This document shows positions 26,391-40,990 of a stretch of DNA of 64,000 nt, piece by piece (position 1 is the stretch's first letter; each line of letters opens with the position of its first letter). The stretch is from positions 10,412-74,411 of the forward strand of contig JAQGDQ010000971.1 in assembly GCA_030141605.1 (NCBI GenBank), given 5' to 3'. This stretch comes from Tubiluchus corallicola (taxonomy: Eukaryota > Animalia > Priapulida). Under the pieces are notes generated by a model, which worked only from the letters and a program-made list of their open reading frames with translations, was not told the DNA's origin and did no database searches. A program made the translations under genes and the position numbers.

Positions 26391-27036
26391 AAAAAATCAT
26401 TTAGCTTGACATAGATGTCATTTATTGCTAATATAATTTTGTAAATACATAGTAACAAATGTATCTAATAATGTATGGCAATTTTCTTTACTCTTATATG
26501 TGTTTAAGTTGTCAAATTATTTGTACAGCTCTGGTATGTAATTATAGTTGTGCTATATATGGGCACATTAAACTCGAGTACGCGTGGAATACGTTAGATT
26601 AATAGTCCTGCTGTCATCTTGTCTAAGATGTCAAAAGGAAAGGTCTTAATTGAGCAACAAACTCAACTCTTCGGGGCAAACAGAACTTGTCTAGAAGCTT
26701 TCAGCAGTAACCAGTCCGTCTTGACAGAAGCTAAATTAACCCTCTAGAGAACAACTGGAGGACATTTAGCCAATGATTAGTGATGGGTTAATGAACGGTT
26801 TTATTGTACCTATAGAGTTTTTAGCACTTCGCCTAGTAACGTGTGTGTAAAGGCTTATATGTATTAAACACGAAAGTATAATAACACTCTGAAAAACTTA
26901 GAATGAACACAAACGGTGAAATAAACATAGACTTAAGTTTATTTCCGTAGTAAACATCTTTACCACATATAAGTTACGTTTCACTTACAAAGAAAACCAC
27001 TAAAAATTGCAGTTAGATAATTATTATTTTACTTAA

Positions 27037-27748
27037 AGCAAAACCGGACCCAATCTTAGACTGTAGGTCAAAGAGAACAATCTGCTCTTTAGAAAGGAAA
27101 CATACTATTTTTTAAAGGATGACTTACGTTAGACTATTATTACCACACAAACGCAAGTTAATTTCGCGTTTTTTCAAAAATGACTTACGTGAAAGAATTA
27201 TTACCATATGAACATAGTTTCACGTTCGCGCCACTAGTTTTTCGCTGTTACATGCATTTCGCCATTCGCTAGTTATACGCGCACTAGTGTTTGCATTTCG
27301 GAAACGCATTGCGCAAGAAACAGGCGCTGTACCTCTCAGTTCAAATGTGTTAGTTTGTGACGAACTACACACGTTCGACAGCTCTTGCGTGAGCACAGCG
27401 GTAAATTTGAAATCTGAATTTTCATTTTAAAACATGACTAGTTTTAGTATAACACACTGGATATCTTACAGTAGTACTGCAGTTAATAAATCATTAAAGC
27501 TCTTACAGTAGCGGTGGATTTCAATCTTCGCTTTCTCAAACGCGTGCAAAACGCTCGTGGAATATTTTTGCTGTTAAAAATTATGTTAGTTTGTGATGTC
27601 ATCAATAGTTGGGCTCGCACGCCGTTAATTAAGTTTTAATCCATTATTTAATTATCGGAAACGCCTTTGTAGTATTAATTGTGTTAAAATGTATATTTTA
27701 GTCGCACTTGAAAATGGGGCAGTATTTGAAAAATCATCCTGTCTTCCT
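27037..27748 (+). mobile_element. Family A element with internal duplications
   Basis: TTAA|AGCAAAACCGG...GTCTTCCT|TTAA; duplicated segments around 27120-27240 and 27460-27510. Confidence 0.85.
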
Positions 27749-28714
27749 TTAATTTTGGCTTTTCCTGCTTTTAACCTTGTTCTTTCTAGATACACTGTGT
27801 AATGTTGAATGTACTAATAATTAAAGAAACGATGCACTTTGTTACAAGTAAAAACACATAATATCAACCACACATAGAAAACTGCTACATATGTACAATT
27901 ATGCACTACCTCATACACATATAATATTTTATCTCAATAAATTATATAGGTTAAATAATGACGAAAATACGTGTGCAAAGATGTAAAATTAATAGATTTT
28001 TTTGTGTACAGCTGATTTATCCAAATTGATAAATTTTAGATAAAAAGATAGAATCACTGTTAAAAATTTCATTTATCAAAGTGTTATGGGTATTAAAAGG
28101 TCACGTTTTTAGAGTGTAAAAATGTAAAATAACGTCAAAATAGGGCATCTAAATTTAAATTATTTGTTTATTCAGTGAGTTAAGAAACTATTACATGTCA
28201 CACATAAAATGTGCACACATTAGTATGAAATACATTTCAATGTGGTTCTGCTTTTGAAACAGTCGGTCATTACTTAATTAGCTGCCCTCTTTACCATCAG
28301 GCCAGACACGACTTATTTACAAATCTCTGCCCTCTTTTGTCAGCTTTTAACATCAATGTTTACAGTCTTGCATCAAATGAACTTGTACGTTTGTTCCTGC
28401 ATGTGAACCATACCCTAGATTCTGTGAACACTGAAATTGTTGTTTTAGTGCAAGTCTTTTATTTCAAACACTAAGCCCTTTAAATAGTATTAACTTTGTT
28501 ACTCTTGTTACATAGTAATGTTCATATTTACTGCAACATTTTTTGTACATTGTGGTCCCTATTGTTCTTCATCTGTCTAGCGTTGCGCTCCCACTAGCGG
28601 AGAACATGTATCAGTTGTAAAACTGTCTGTTTCAAAACTAGATGTTACGCCTTCAACAAATTATGTTTAAACCAAAAACATTATATATATATATAGTTAA
28701 TATAGTTAAAGTTA

Positions 28715-28750
<36 letters not shown>

Positions 28751-29529
28751 CAATAAAACTGCATTAAAAGGACTTCTGGTAATTGTTTAAAAATCATTTA
28801 TTATAAGCGATTTTTATTTGTTTAAAACTATAATAATAAAAGTGGTGCCAATGGTACTGAGCAATTAAAACGTATTGTACAGTATAACCGTAAAATGTAA
28901 ACACAGTAATGAAATTTACACAAAACTGTTAAAAATAAATAGCTGTGGCCATTCCTTTAAAGAGGGGTTATAGAAAAGTTTTGCTGAAAATAAATTTTGA
29001 ATAGACGCCGCTATTACGTTTGTGAGTTCTGTGTTCACAAATGCGCTTGTGAAAAGCCACAAAGTCCACCAGTTACGTCATAATCTCCAAGCGAATAGCA
29101 GCTAAGTGGCTTGTCTTTTCCTTTAATAAGACATACATCACTCGCAAAATCATCTTTATCACATCACTTAGCCCTAAGCTCACTAGTAATAGCTGTCTGT
29201 TCACATTACATTAATTCATATCCATTCCGCTTTGGAGTGAACATTAGTTTTCAATGCTGTCGCAGCGTGAATAACATTCATGCATTCATAACTTGCACTT
29301 TTAGTTTTTTAAATTTCCTTGTCACCCAAATTTCACGAAACAACTTTTATTTACCACTAAAATAGACTGTACATTATGTACTTATTATAACACAATATTT
29401 TATAAATATATTCAGATATGTATAATATTAACATGTCTAATGCAATGTTATGCTGTCATGTTTTATTCTCTAACTTTAATAATGCAAATCGTAAAATTAT
29501 CGGTAAAAGAATTTTGTCGTTATATTATA

Positions 29530-29760
29530 TACATGCATAAAAGAGTTTAAATCAACAGACTGTATTCAGATACGCTTCACGGATGAACGTAACACAGTGA
29601 TTGTAGGCGATGATAGTAGTACGGTCATGTACAGTACTACATATATATATATATATATCTTACAATCAATGCGCACAACGCACTACAATCACTGCGCCAC
29701 GTTCATCCGTAAATTGTATCTGAATACAGTCTGTTGATTTAAACTCTTTCATGTATGTAC
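29530..29760. repeat. Inverted repeat (~90-bp arms) around (TA)n
   Basis: AAAGAGTTTAAATCAACAGACTGTATTCAGATAC and its exact reverse complement at ~29716-29749. Confidence 0.85.
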
Positions 29761-30021
29761 AAATACGATTTGAGCTTATAGAAGTTAAGACATAATAAAG
29801 TTAAAGTGTGGTTGGTAACATATGGCACAAACTGCTAGCACGCAATAACTAGGGCATGTTCATTAATCCTGTATAGATATAATTCGGGCCGAAGTAAGAA
29901 TATTTGAGCCCCAGTAAATATGAACTAATCAGTCGAATTTGTCCAATATAAAGGTGGGAGAAATTGAGATGTTTAATGATACCTTTCTTAGTTTTCGGCT
30001 AAGTTTGGACTAGAATAACAT

Positions 30022-30035
30022 CAGTAGATGGCGCT
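30022..30035 (+). promoter_or_regulatory. CTCF-like motif (CAGTAGATGGCGCT); second site TAGATGGCAGC at 30207-30217
   Basis: Strong consensus match with a same-orientation neighbour about 180 bp away. Confidence 0.55.
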
Positions 30036-32502
30036 CTAGAAAAGTGAAATTTTACAGTATGATAGTGCGGTGCATTAGCTTTTGCTGTGAAAGTTACAAG
30101 TGAATAACTTTAGTGATTTTTATGTTATAACCGAAAATACATGAAAAATGTCAGCTAATCGTTTATTGAAACAAAAAGCAATCATGTTAAAGTATAAATC
30201 ACTCAATAGATGGCAGCAAAACGAGAATATATCAACAAATTTACATCTTGATCGTTATCACAGATAATAAAGTACTGGTAAAGATTTGTTGTCAGAAAAT
30301 GCAACTTAACTGTGGTATGTTGAATTCCCAGCGAGAGTATGCGAGAGTCGTGCAGTATGGAGCCGTTTGACGCAGAGGAACTAAAGGCAAAAAGTTGACA
30401 AAGTACACCTTACAGAAGTGAAAAACTGTGTCAGCTTGTTGGAAGAAATGCTTTCGTCTAGTTTGCAATTAGAAATCGTGGACACATGGGGAGCACTTGT
30501 TGTAAATTTTAATGATTGTGACACTCCGACATTTAGTTTTTTGACGTGAGACTTCTGTATCTTTGGGCAGATCTAAGGCAAAGACCTAAACTTTTTAACG
30601 TTTGTACACAAATGTCTTCAACATCCGTGTGGTAATTTTTCAATTATTTTCAATTCTTCCTAAAATGTCGTGATCGAAACTTCGGCACATTTTCGGGGCC
30701 ACCTGATTCAAAATGAGGATGTTTTTCGCGAGAAATCTAAGAATACAGCAGTTTAAATTCATTGATACGTGTTTGTATTAATAGTGACATTACAAGTGTC
30801 AACATTAGTGACACAAAATTAGTTCTAGTATTTATGCTTTTGACTTGCTGATTTAAAACTTCTGTATTTTTGGAAAAGTCTAAGCGAACGAAGTTTCTGA
30901 TGTTAATACGTAACAGCTGAAACTGTGACCAATGTGGTAATTTTCAAGCGATTTCGTTATTTTCTTTTCATAATATCGTGACCAACCATTCGGCAAGTTA
31001 ACACCATCACTGACTACAGTGGTTACAATGTGAACCAATATAACCCGGTGTTCATTAATGCATGTAGGCCGTTAATGAGCAAAAATATTTTATGATATAT
31101 TTAAAGTAATTAGAAGCTGGAAGCTATAATGGAGAACCGAGTGACAAAAATATGTACTAGCATGAAGTGCAAGATGTAAATGATAGTAAACTGAAACACT
31201 CAGCAAAATTAGAATAATAAAGCTTTCTCTCCTGTGTATTGTTCTGACATGGCTGTAATCCGGGCAGGTTTCGCACGAGTAAACAGGCTGGCGCTGGAAA
31301 AGACGGACATTTGATTAAAAATTCCTCTGTCATCTGTAATAGTTGACAGGGCATACGTTTTCCCGAAAAAACATGGCGGCAGCATGTTGAACGTGCAAGG
31401 AGGGTATATTTTGTACGGTTTATACTGTAGATACCAAAACAATGATCATCATTGGTACTGTTCCTTTTGCAGAAACAATGCATTGGTTTTGGCTTTCTTA
31501 ACAAAGTTTAAGCATGTTTTTTACGAAGCTATAATGATATTTTTATGAGTGTTCTAGGTCCAAGACAGTTCTGTGCAAGGCCACTTTACACGTAATATGT
31601 TCTTCCATTTTTGCCTCAGAAAATTATGTATAAGAATCATCAAACTACTCGTTTTGTGGTCTCAATTGCAGCAGATATCAACTTAATTCTTTCATGGGCG
31701 CACCGTTTAAAATAGGTCTTATAAGACATATGACATTTCTGTTACTGTACGAACACAGACATAATTTAATGATTTAAAGTAGGTACTGTCTATTATCCAC
31801 CCATACAGGAGAATCTCGGCTATCCAATCATGCAATTTGTTTAAACATTTATAAGTGATTTAATTGGATAAAATTATGAAAACCACGCCTTTTTGCACTC
31901 CAGTTAGCATGCTGAGTAGCTTAGTCTGGTGTACACTTGCGTGATCGTACACGCCATTTTATTGATCGCCTTTTTGCTACAGCCCAAGAGAACCGTCTAC
32001 TGTACAGAGTTCCAGGAAAGGCCAACCGATAAGACAAGGAAGAATTAAGGTCGTTTCATCTTTTTAACGCAAATTTTTCGGTACTTGATGCCAAATTGTA
32101 TAATTTTACACGAAACTCCATTGTGTGGGGAGCAGATATCCACAAAAATTATGAACTGTAACTTAATAATACTACTTAGTGAAAGCAATTTTTCATAAAC
32201 CTATGCAGAATTTGTACAGTAAACGCTATCGGTTCTGAGGGAATTAACAATGTTTATTAACGTAACTGCAATGTCATGTAACTGTCAGTGGTTGCCAGTG
32301 CTGAAGAACTTTTTTAACTCAAGCCGTCCAAAGTTATTTTTGTTTTATAACGTCATGAACATGAGACGTAACCATTAGTTACATCACTAATGGAAACCAT
32401 TGTAGCCATTGTTATAACTGCTCAGTAAATTTTTATTTGACATCCAAGCTGCTAACTTTTCTCATTCATGTCTTGTCTGCATATTTCTAATGAAAGTAGC
32501 CG

Positions 32503-32942
32503 AGTCATTATTTTGGCTACGTGCATGGTTGTATAATTTGTTTCTTTTATGACGTCACCACTGTGTGATGATGTCATCTCTGTTTTGATGATGCTGGGAT
32601 ACCGTATAAATTACTATGTAGTAATTATGGAACTTGTACCATGATACTATGCTACTACATTTCTGTAGCTAAGTCATTATTTTGGCTACGTGCCTGGTTG
32701 TATAATTTGTTTCTTTTATGACGTCACCACTGTGTGATGATGTCATCTCTGTTTTGATGATGCTGAGATACCGTATAAATTACTATGTAGTAATTATGGA
32801 ACTTGTACCATGATACTATGCTACTACATTTCTGTAGCTAAGTCATTTTTTGGCTACGTGCCTGGTTGTATAATTTGTTTCTTTTTTGACGTCACCACTG
32901 TGTGATGTCATCTCTGTTTTGATGATGCTGGGATACCGTACA
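32503..32942. repeat. 169-bp tandem repeat x~2.6
   Basis: AGTCATT..TTTGGCTACGTGC at 32503, 32672, 32841; each unit contains TGACGTCA. Confidence 0.9.
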
Positions 32943-33311
32943 AATTTCTTTGTGCGCATGCGTAGTTATTACAAATTTTTCTCATAACGTTTAAGATTGC
33001 GTGCAACCTATATATTAAATACAGACAATAATTATTGCTAAATGAGCATCTCTAATTGCAATCAAAGTAGGGAAGTGTACTTCAATAGTTGTTCAAGGAT
33101 TCTCGTAACAAAAAATCCAATTAAATGAAACAAATAAGCAAAGAACCGTCAAGAAAAAAAAGAAAAAATTAATGAATGATTTTCAAGTAAGAGGAGTAAT
33201 CACATTTTATAAAGAAGTGTAATTCGGAAATGAGCAATTTCTTCTTAAATTTTCTAAGCTAAGCTACTGAGCTTTAATAGCTCTTTTATAAACGGCTGTG
33301 TGTGATACATA

Positions 33312-33903
33312 CCTTATAGGGTCACGATTTTTTACAACCGATTTTGGTAACCGAAGGTAAAAAATTACCCCCACCATAATTCGTAAATTTCTTTTGATAA
33401 ACCGCTATGCTTCATTAGTAAACAGCAACAGCATAATTTGTGGTTATGCTGACCACCATAGGATACATTATATCTCTGCTTAAAGACATGTGACTTACTA
33501 GTAATACGAAATTTAAATTCACTTAGTTACGTTCCCTTATCTATGCTAGAATAAGTGTAGACAACCTACATTGCTAGCCAGTGTGCAAAAGTCATTGTTA
33601 TTTTGAATTTATTGTCTTCTGCTTTCTTCTTTTAGGTGGAGTAATTTGAGTAAGTGACATGGCCACAAACCAACCACGCCGATTTTCAGCACAACTTGCC
33701 ACCAAAAAATCGACATATTGCATTTTCACTTTTATTTCGTGGTGAGACAATGCGCCTAAAATAAATAACTGAAAGTATTTTGTGCACAAAACATATTTAG
33801 AAAAAGCCATAGAAAAGGTTTACTGGGATGCGTATGGTAAAAGGGAAAAATGCAAAAAACCGGTCTGGGGGTAATTTTTTACCCCCCGGTGACCCTATAG
33901 GGG
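33312..33903. mobile_element. piggyBac-like MITE
   Basis: Right end GTGACCCTATAGGGG|TTAA, left end CCTTATAGGGTCAC; inverted GGTAAAAAATTACCCC subterminal motifs; left TTAA not preserved. Confidence 0.65.
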
Positions 33904-34149
33904 TTAATTGTTCTTTGTCATTATTGTGAAACACAACCACACTTTCATTTTACAAATTCTTAAGTTGTAATTTCATTTTTGTTTCAATCAATTTCGTTTA
34001 AATCGCAGGCCATGCCACAAAATTTTATATTTTTTGTAAACGAAACATAGGTGATCCTAGTACTTTTCCAACGCTATAAAAGTCCTAGTGTCGTCTAGAA
34101 AGTATAATTTTATAATTTTAGAATTTAATTTTAAGTTTATTGTCATGTG

Positions 34150-34420
34150 ACATATATAGCATGAACGAGGTGACTTGATTCTTACTTACCTGTTGCTCCA
34201 TAGGCTTGTTGATTATGACTACTGGCATCTTTTTGTATTGTCTAATGATGCAAGGCATCGTGGATATTAATTTAAAGCGTACAAAGCCCCAAGTTCGACT
34301 CCGCGTGCGTCTGGACAGTTTTGAATGTCGAGTAATAAACGTATGGAACTCTTTGCCATGTAAAGTTGTAAATTCTCCTAACTTAACTACCTTTACAGTC
34401 ATCTCTACCAAAACTAGCAA
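34150..34420 (+). mobile_element. CR1 LINE 3' fragment
   Basis: KPQVRLRVRLDSFECRVINVWNSLPCKVVNSPNLTTF matches the typical CR1 ORF2 C-terminus pattern. Confidence 0.7.
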
Positions 34421-34490
34421 TGCTTTTTTTGTATTTTTGTACTTTCTATTAATTATTATTTTCATAGGTACGTAAAATTTAGCACTAATA

Positions 34491-34878
34491 GGTTTTACAC
34501 GTCAACTGTAGACACAGGAAAGTTCAAATGTGCCTTAGGTAAGTCAAATGTAGACATAGGAATTTCGAATGTGTTTTGGTAACTCAAATGTGACTTATAA
34601 CGTTGTTATTTTAACTTAAGAGCAATTATTAAATTGAAATTAAAGAAGATTAAATTTAACATCCTTAAACTTTACCACCTATCCACATTTGAGATACCAA
34701 TGTCACATTTCACTTGACATGTGTCTACATTTGATTTACCAAAAGCGCTCAAGATTTCTTGAAAACCATTGCTAACACATTTGAACTACTTAAGTCTACA
34801 TTTGAGTTACCAAGACACGTTTGAATTACCCAAGTCTACATTTGACTTAACGTAGGTCTAAATTTGACGTATAAAACC
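34491..34878. mobile_element. Family D MITE, full length
   Basis: TA|GGTTTTACACGTC...GACGTATAAAACC|TA. Confidence 0.85.
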
Positions 34879-35668
34879 TATACACGTACTTACATTATTC
34901 TACTGTATGATATGCTGCACTATGTTGTCCGTTTCGTACGGGATTCTTTTGGGTAATTTAAATTACTGTATTTTGTTGTAATTTTTAGTTACCAGTTGAG
35001 CTACAATTACCTATAGATAATAAATAGACATGCGTCGTATTTTGTACAAATAATGGTAGATTTTATAATTATTTCCCGTCTTAGCATAATTTTAGCTGCA
35101 TGAATATACAGTCATTATTTCCTATGATTTTGCTCAGTTATGCCTGGCAAGCTATGGACTAAATCATTCACAACACAACTGTAACCCCCAGGTGCTCCAT
35201 ACCCGACTGTATATGTAAGCTATAATGAATTTTAACTAAAACAGGTATACAGAGGTATGTTATAATTCGATTTTTATTCGGGAGGCGTTATCCTACTGAC
35301 TGTATCATGAGTAATGAGGCTGGTAGACACGCGGGCTCAATATATTAACTGAATCACATTGGCAGTTTGTGATTGCTCGCCGGCTAACTCGTTGTGAGAC
35401 CTTCCCAATTCGTCAGCCGGAGTACGGTGGGCTGAGATGAGGAAGCAACAGCAAAGTGTAAAAATCAAGGTAAGAAGCTGAGTAGCATTAATTAGTTAAT
35501 TAGTTTCGATTACGCGTGCTCACTTTAAAAGACGGCTGTAGCTTCTACGTTTTAAAATCAGGCGAATGAGGAGGTTTTAATTATTTTAAAATTTTAAAGT
35601 TTGCGGGTCATTCAATGTACGTTATTATTTTTACATAATTTTTGAATATACATTGTTCAAAGCCTACG

Positions 35669-35725
<57 letters not shown>

Positions 35726-35805
35726 CGTAATTTCTCCTTGGCCCATGGCTGCCTTAAATCAGTAGTTAAAGCCTGTAAAGGTTTGCACTAATGTATATTT
35801 TTTTA

Positions 35806-36030
35806 CAGGAACTTAAAAACATTTATAGTTAAAACACTTCAACTTTACTTAAACTTTTAATTTACTAAGTTATAAATCATGTTTCGACAGAGCTGCTGCT
35901 GTCATCATCAGTGGTAAATTTTTACAAACGTACAACCAGTTTATATAAGCAGAGCCTATAGTATAGAACATAATTCCACTGCTAAATACCTAATAAGCGC
36001 ATAATGTTCTATACTGTATGCTCTACTATA
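35806..36030. mobile_element. Family C single arm
   Basis: Matches 18387-18600, including GTTTCGACAGAGCTGCTGCTGTCATCATCAG. Confidence 0.75.
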
Positions 36031-36797
36031 CTAAAAACTTAACACATACCTGTGTGTAGACCTATATATATATATATATATATATATAATGTTATATCAT
36101 TTCATTTTGTTTTGCTTTCCTTAATTGTTCCTTATAACATGAATCATTTTTGCATTTTTTTCTTTCTTACGCTAAAGTGAACTTCAATGAAGGATTTTTT
36201 AAAATTAATAGTGTTATAAATGAACTCTAGTCCAGCCATGTACAAAAGGTAATAAATCTGTAAATAGGGGTGGTTGTCTTAGTTGACCGTATGGTGTTTC
36301 ACCAGCATTTCTCCATACAATTAACCCTTCTTTTTAACAGTAGGTTAGGCTGTAAACAGATAATTAGTAGTTTGTAAATTGTGAAAATTATTATCATGTC
36401 TATCATGTACTGTAAAACTTAAAGGAGATAAATAAACAATCTTAATCTTAATCTTAATCATATAATTTCAACGGAATAATTACACACAGAAGCGTCTTTG
36501 CCTGTTAATTTTTCTAGAGAATGGTAGTTTTTTAATTTTTAAAGCTAAATTTAACAAACGATACTGACTAAGTTTTCAGGACATGAAGTGTTCTAACGAC
36601 GAAAATTAAAATGGCGGCACTATGCAGGCGTGATTGTGAAATTCTAAGCTTGCAAATTTGCTAAACACTGCTTACAAGTGATTTTCAGAAGTTGAAAAGT
36701 AAGGTCTTGTAGCAAAGCTTTGGTTTGGAAACTTTAAAAAATGTAGGACGCATTTCGGTATTTAATTTTTTTTTTAAAATTAGTATTTTCCTATCTC

Positions 36798-36976
36798 CAG
36801 GGCCGGCCTTAGCGCCTCACCCCTCAGGGGGTCCTCACGCCGAGGTAACATACATTATATGTTTTTAATAAATTGCGTAATTTTATTTTTTCGTTTTTAT
36901 TTTTTATTTTTCTATTTCATTTGGCGCCACCAAATTCACTTCGCCTAGGGCCTTCAATTACCTAAGGCCGACCCTG
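36798..36976. mobile_element. hAT-type MITE
   Basis: TIR CAGGGCCGGCCTTAG / CTAAGGCCGACCCTG; 8-bp TSD CCTATCTC/CCTACCTC. Confidence 0.85.
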
Positions 36977-37344
36977 CCTACCTCATTATAAAATTTAAAA
37001 TGCTTGTCTAGAATAACGTTATTATTCACCATTTGAAAAACTTTGCTATTAACAGTATAAGGTGAAGATCAAATTGTACAATTAAAAACTAGAAAAAATA
37101 ATTCTAGTAATTAAGCCTATGTGTTTCAAACGTACATTTTATTCACATAAATAATTTTAATTTACATTTCGAAATAACGCTTGGTTCCAAAAATGAAACG
37201 GATACACTAGCTGTATCTTAAGCAATCTGTTTACATTAATTAAATAGCTGTCATATTTTGTCCAGTGAGTTTTTCCACTGTGACAGCAGTTATGTTATTT
37301 TTTTGAGAAAATTAAAACAGTAAGCCCATCAGCATTAGTTTTAA

Positions 37345-37785
37345 AGAGAGATAGAATGCTTTTTCATACACTACCCCATTTTCAGATTCAATAAAAAGTA
37401 CATTTTTTAACACAATTAATACTGCAAAGCGTTTCTGATAATTAAATAATATATTAAAATCTTAATTAACGGCGGGCGAGGTCAACTATTGATGACATCA
37501 CAAACTAACATAATTTTCATCAGCAAAAATATTTCACGAGCGTGTTCTATGGTGTTTGCGAAAACGAAAATTGAAGTACAGTGCTACTGTAAGATATTCA
37601 GTGTGTTGTACTAAAACTAGGCAAGTTCTAATATAAAAATTCAAATTTCAATTTTACCTGTGCTCACGCATGAGCTATTGAATGTGTGCAGTTCGTCACG
37701 AACTAACATTTTTGAAAAAAATAGTTATTTTAAATAGTAGATTGTTTTGACCTACAGTTTACAATGGGGGGGGGGTCCTTTAGCT
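37345..37785 (-). mobile_element. Family A element, internally deleted
   Basis: TTAA|AGAGAGATAG start; shared internal sequence; degenerate far end. Confidence 0.75.
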
Positions 37786-38866
37786 TTCAAAATGGGGTAG
37801 AAAACATGTATGTGATGACAATGTATTTACTGGGAGACTAAGATTTACTGTACGCGAAAATGATTAATGGCGCGCGCTCCCCCTGCATGTACGCTAAATC
37901 AGCACGGCGTCATAAATTGAAATAAATTAGATAATCTTGCATTTGCGACTAGTATCCGTGATGATTTTGACATAATTAACATTTTGCAATACTTGTGAAT
38001 TGTTCTTGAAACTCAACCTTTTATTTATTTTATGCTTTAGTGCTTATATGAAACTATTATCATTCCTATCTAAAAATGATTTGTATACCTACAGCCTTAT
38101 GGTCTTTTAGTGAGCCTATTTCAGTGTAATTTTTTTTGTAAATTATTTTTAGTTAAATTTTACTTTTATAGCTGAATTTACTAAAGGTACAAAGAACATT
38201 TATGGTAGTACAATAAGACCACTTATCGCTTCGTTATGCAAAATTAATAATAAACCATAAATAAAATACGTAAAAATATCCAGGGATCCTTTATATTTTG
38301 TAAAAAGTATACAACTGCTCTCCTGTTTTGTAAAAAATGTTGTCCAATCAGTTTGGCATTACCTGTTTTTTAATAATAAATTGCTGAATTAAAATTCCGC
38401 TATTAAACTGTTGTTAAAGGGCGGATCATACGTAACAATTTAAGAAAATATTGGTGTTCAAAGTATGTACAGTGACCTTCCAGTACAACCCTGGATTATA
38501 TCGTAGAGCATACATTCGAACTTAAGATTATTTAAACAAAAAATTTATGCATTAGTTAGAAAAATTGAGGACTAATATACGTAATATTCATTAAATCATC
38601 ACATTTGCTAAATTTATAAGAAGTTTATCTTGAATACATATGCCGATAATTCGCAAATCCACTACAAAAACCACATTTCTTTTATTTTATTTTGATCAGT
38701 TTTCTCTTTATTTAATATTTCAGACATTAGATGTCTCGAAATTTATAAAACGAGTCGAAATAAACTATTGTTAAAGCATAAGTTTAGAAAAGTTGCTATT
38801 TTATGATAAACTAGTATGCTATTTGCTGTTTTGAACTATTGACTGTAACAATACCTGAATGTTTTA

Positions 38867-39485
38867 AGGAAGACAGGATGATTTTCCATATATTAACCCA
38901 TTTTCGAATCCGATAAAAAGTGTACAGTTTAACACAATTAATATTGTAAACGCGTTTCTGATAATTAGATAATAGACTGAAATCTTAGTTAACCGCGGGC
39001 GAGCCCAACTATTGATGACATCACAAACTAACATAATTTTCAACATGAAAACATTCCACGAGCGTGTTGCACGTGTTTGCGAAAGCAAAAATTCAAGTTC
39101 AGTGCTACTGTAAGATATTCAGTGTGTTGTACTAAAACTAGGCAAGTTCTAAGATAAAAATTCAAATTTCAAATTTACCGCTGCATTCACGCATGAGCTG
39201 TCGAACGTGTGCAGTTCGTCAAGAACTATCACATCTGAACTGAGAGGTAGAGCACCTGTTTTTTGTGCAATGCGTTTCCGAAATGCAAGCGCTAGTACTC
39301 GTCTAACTAGCGAATGACGAAATGCATGTAACAGCGAAGAACTAGTGGCGCGAACGTGAAATTGTGTTTGTGTGGTAATAATTCTTTCGCGTAAGTCATT
39401 CTTGAAAAAATAGTATGTTTCCTTTCAATATTTTAATGAGTAGATTGTTTTGATCTGCAGTTTAAGACTGGGTCCGGGATTTGCT
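38867..39485 (-). mobile_element. Family A non-autonomous DNA element (Kolobok-like)
   Basis: AGGAAGACAGG...GGATTTGCT|TTAA; full length. Confidence 0.85.
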
Positions 39486-40059
39486 TTAAAACTTTAATGA
39501 TTTATTTATTTGTGTTGTTTGTATTTTTACAGGTTTGTTATGTGTTTGAAGCCGTGTAAATCTACATGTCAACGAGTCTCATAATTCAGCTACATTATTA
39601 ACACTTTTTCGTTCGTGTTATAAATTCTGTACTCAAAAATTTAATGTTAATTTTCATACCTTTGCATTATTTAATTTAAACTGAATATTCGTATAAAAAA
39701 GTTTATCAAAGCAGATGCTAACGAAAATTATTGAATTTATTGTTTTTAGTGATTTTTACTATACTTATAATACTATTATACTATATACTATAGTAAAATA
39801 GTATATATTTTGAATTATGCAGGTAATATTGTCATTTGGAATATTGTGTGCAGTGCAGAAGCAACAATAACAATGCAGTTTTTTTAAAGATACACATTGT
39901 ACTGTGTCTGATTTTTTCATCCATTGTGGCAGCTTCTTTCACTACGCGTTGAACACGTAATGTAATCTAAAATTTGTCTATATAGTGCGCTACATCGTTT
40001 AAAATCTGACGCACAATAAAATAATTTCAAAACTCATAAGAAACACAAAATTTAAAAGA

Positions 40060-40420
40060 TATTCAAAATTAAAAATAATTGGTCGTAAAAAAGTACGATT
40101 TAAACAAACGTGTTTTAAGATGTTGTATAAAAGAATCTAATGAGTTTCTAGAACGTGTAGCAACAGGTAAGTTATTCCAGAGATTCCAGAGTGTGGAGCA
40201 CAGACAGAAAAAGGTTTTTCCCCATAGAATTCTGTATTAGGAATTGGCTGATGTAAATGAATTTGTTCATAAGCATTAGAACGGAATTTTTGACCCATGT
40301 TACGGCGTATCAAAAGATCAGTATGGTATGCAGGGTAATTCAATTATTTATTCTCCAAGTACAGCTAAACTCTAATTTAGCTAAATATGCAAGATATACA
40401 GAATATAATAAAACACGCTG
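40060..40420 (-). mobile_element. L2-like LINE 3' fragment
   Basis: YGEKPFSVCAP / LWNNLP...SLDSFIQHLKTRLFKSY across a frameshift. Confidence 0.65.
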
Positions 40421-40949
40421 TCAAACGTCACTTCTTCGCTGACATAAAGTGACTTAAGACATTGGATTATGATCTTCATAACTAAGTTTGATAATTTAAT
40501 CATCAAAACGCCAACTTAAGCAAAATGTCGTCAGAACTATGATCTGCTTCCTATATTGACTTATTATAGTGCTAATGCATGTAATTAACGTGCGTATGAA
40601 CCACATGAAAGAGGTTATTTAGGAAAATTCAAGTAACAGCGTTCAACCAAGTTTTTGCCCTGTGTGGAAACTTACACGGCAAAAGATAGCAAAAAGTATC
40701 AAAAGTATTAAAATTCACAATATTTCATAAGTCACAGTCACGTCATGATGTAGACAAATTTGTAGATATGTAATATAGTATTTTAATGCTCTTATTCTTA
40801 TGATTTTTTAACTTACACTAACTGACACAATTGCACACATCAGACTGTCACTGACTGGTTATCCACTGATCTTACGTATGATGTAATTTGTTTTACTCTG
40901 TACTTGCGTATAATTTTTGCAATAAAGATTTATATATGTATTTATATAA

Positions 40950-40990
<41 letters not shown>

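Noticed and set aside
12160-39088. Repeated ORFs containing MLKIMLVCDV as a gene family
   Set aside because: Incidental frames within family A transposon copies; not preserved across copies.
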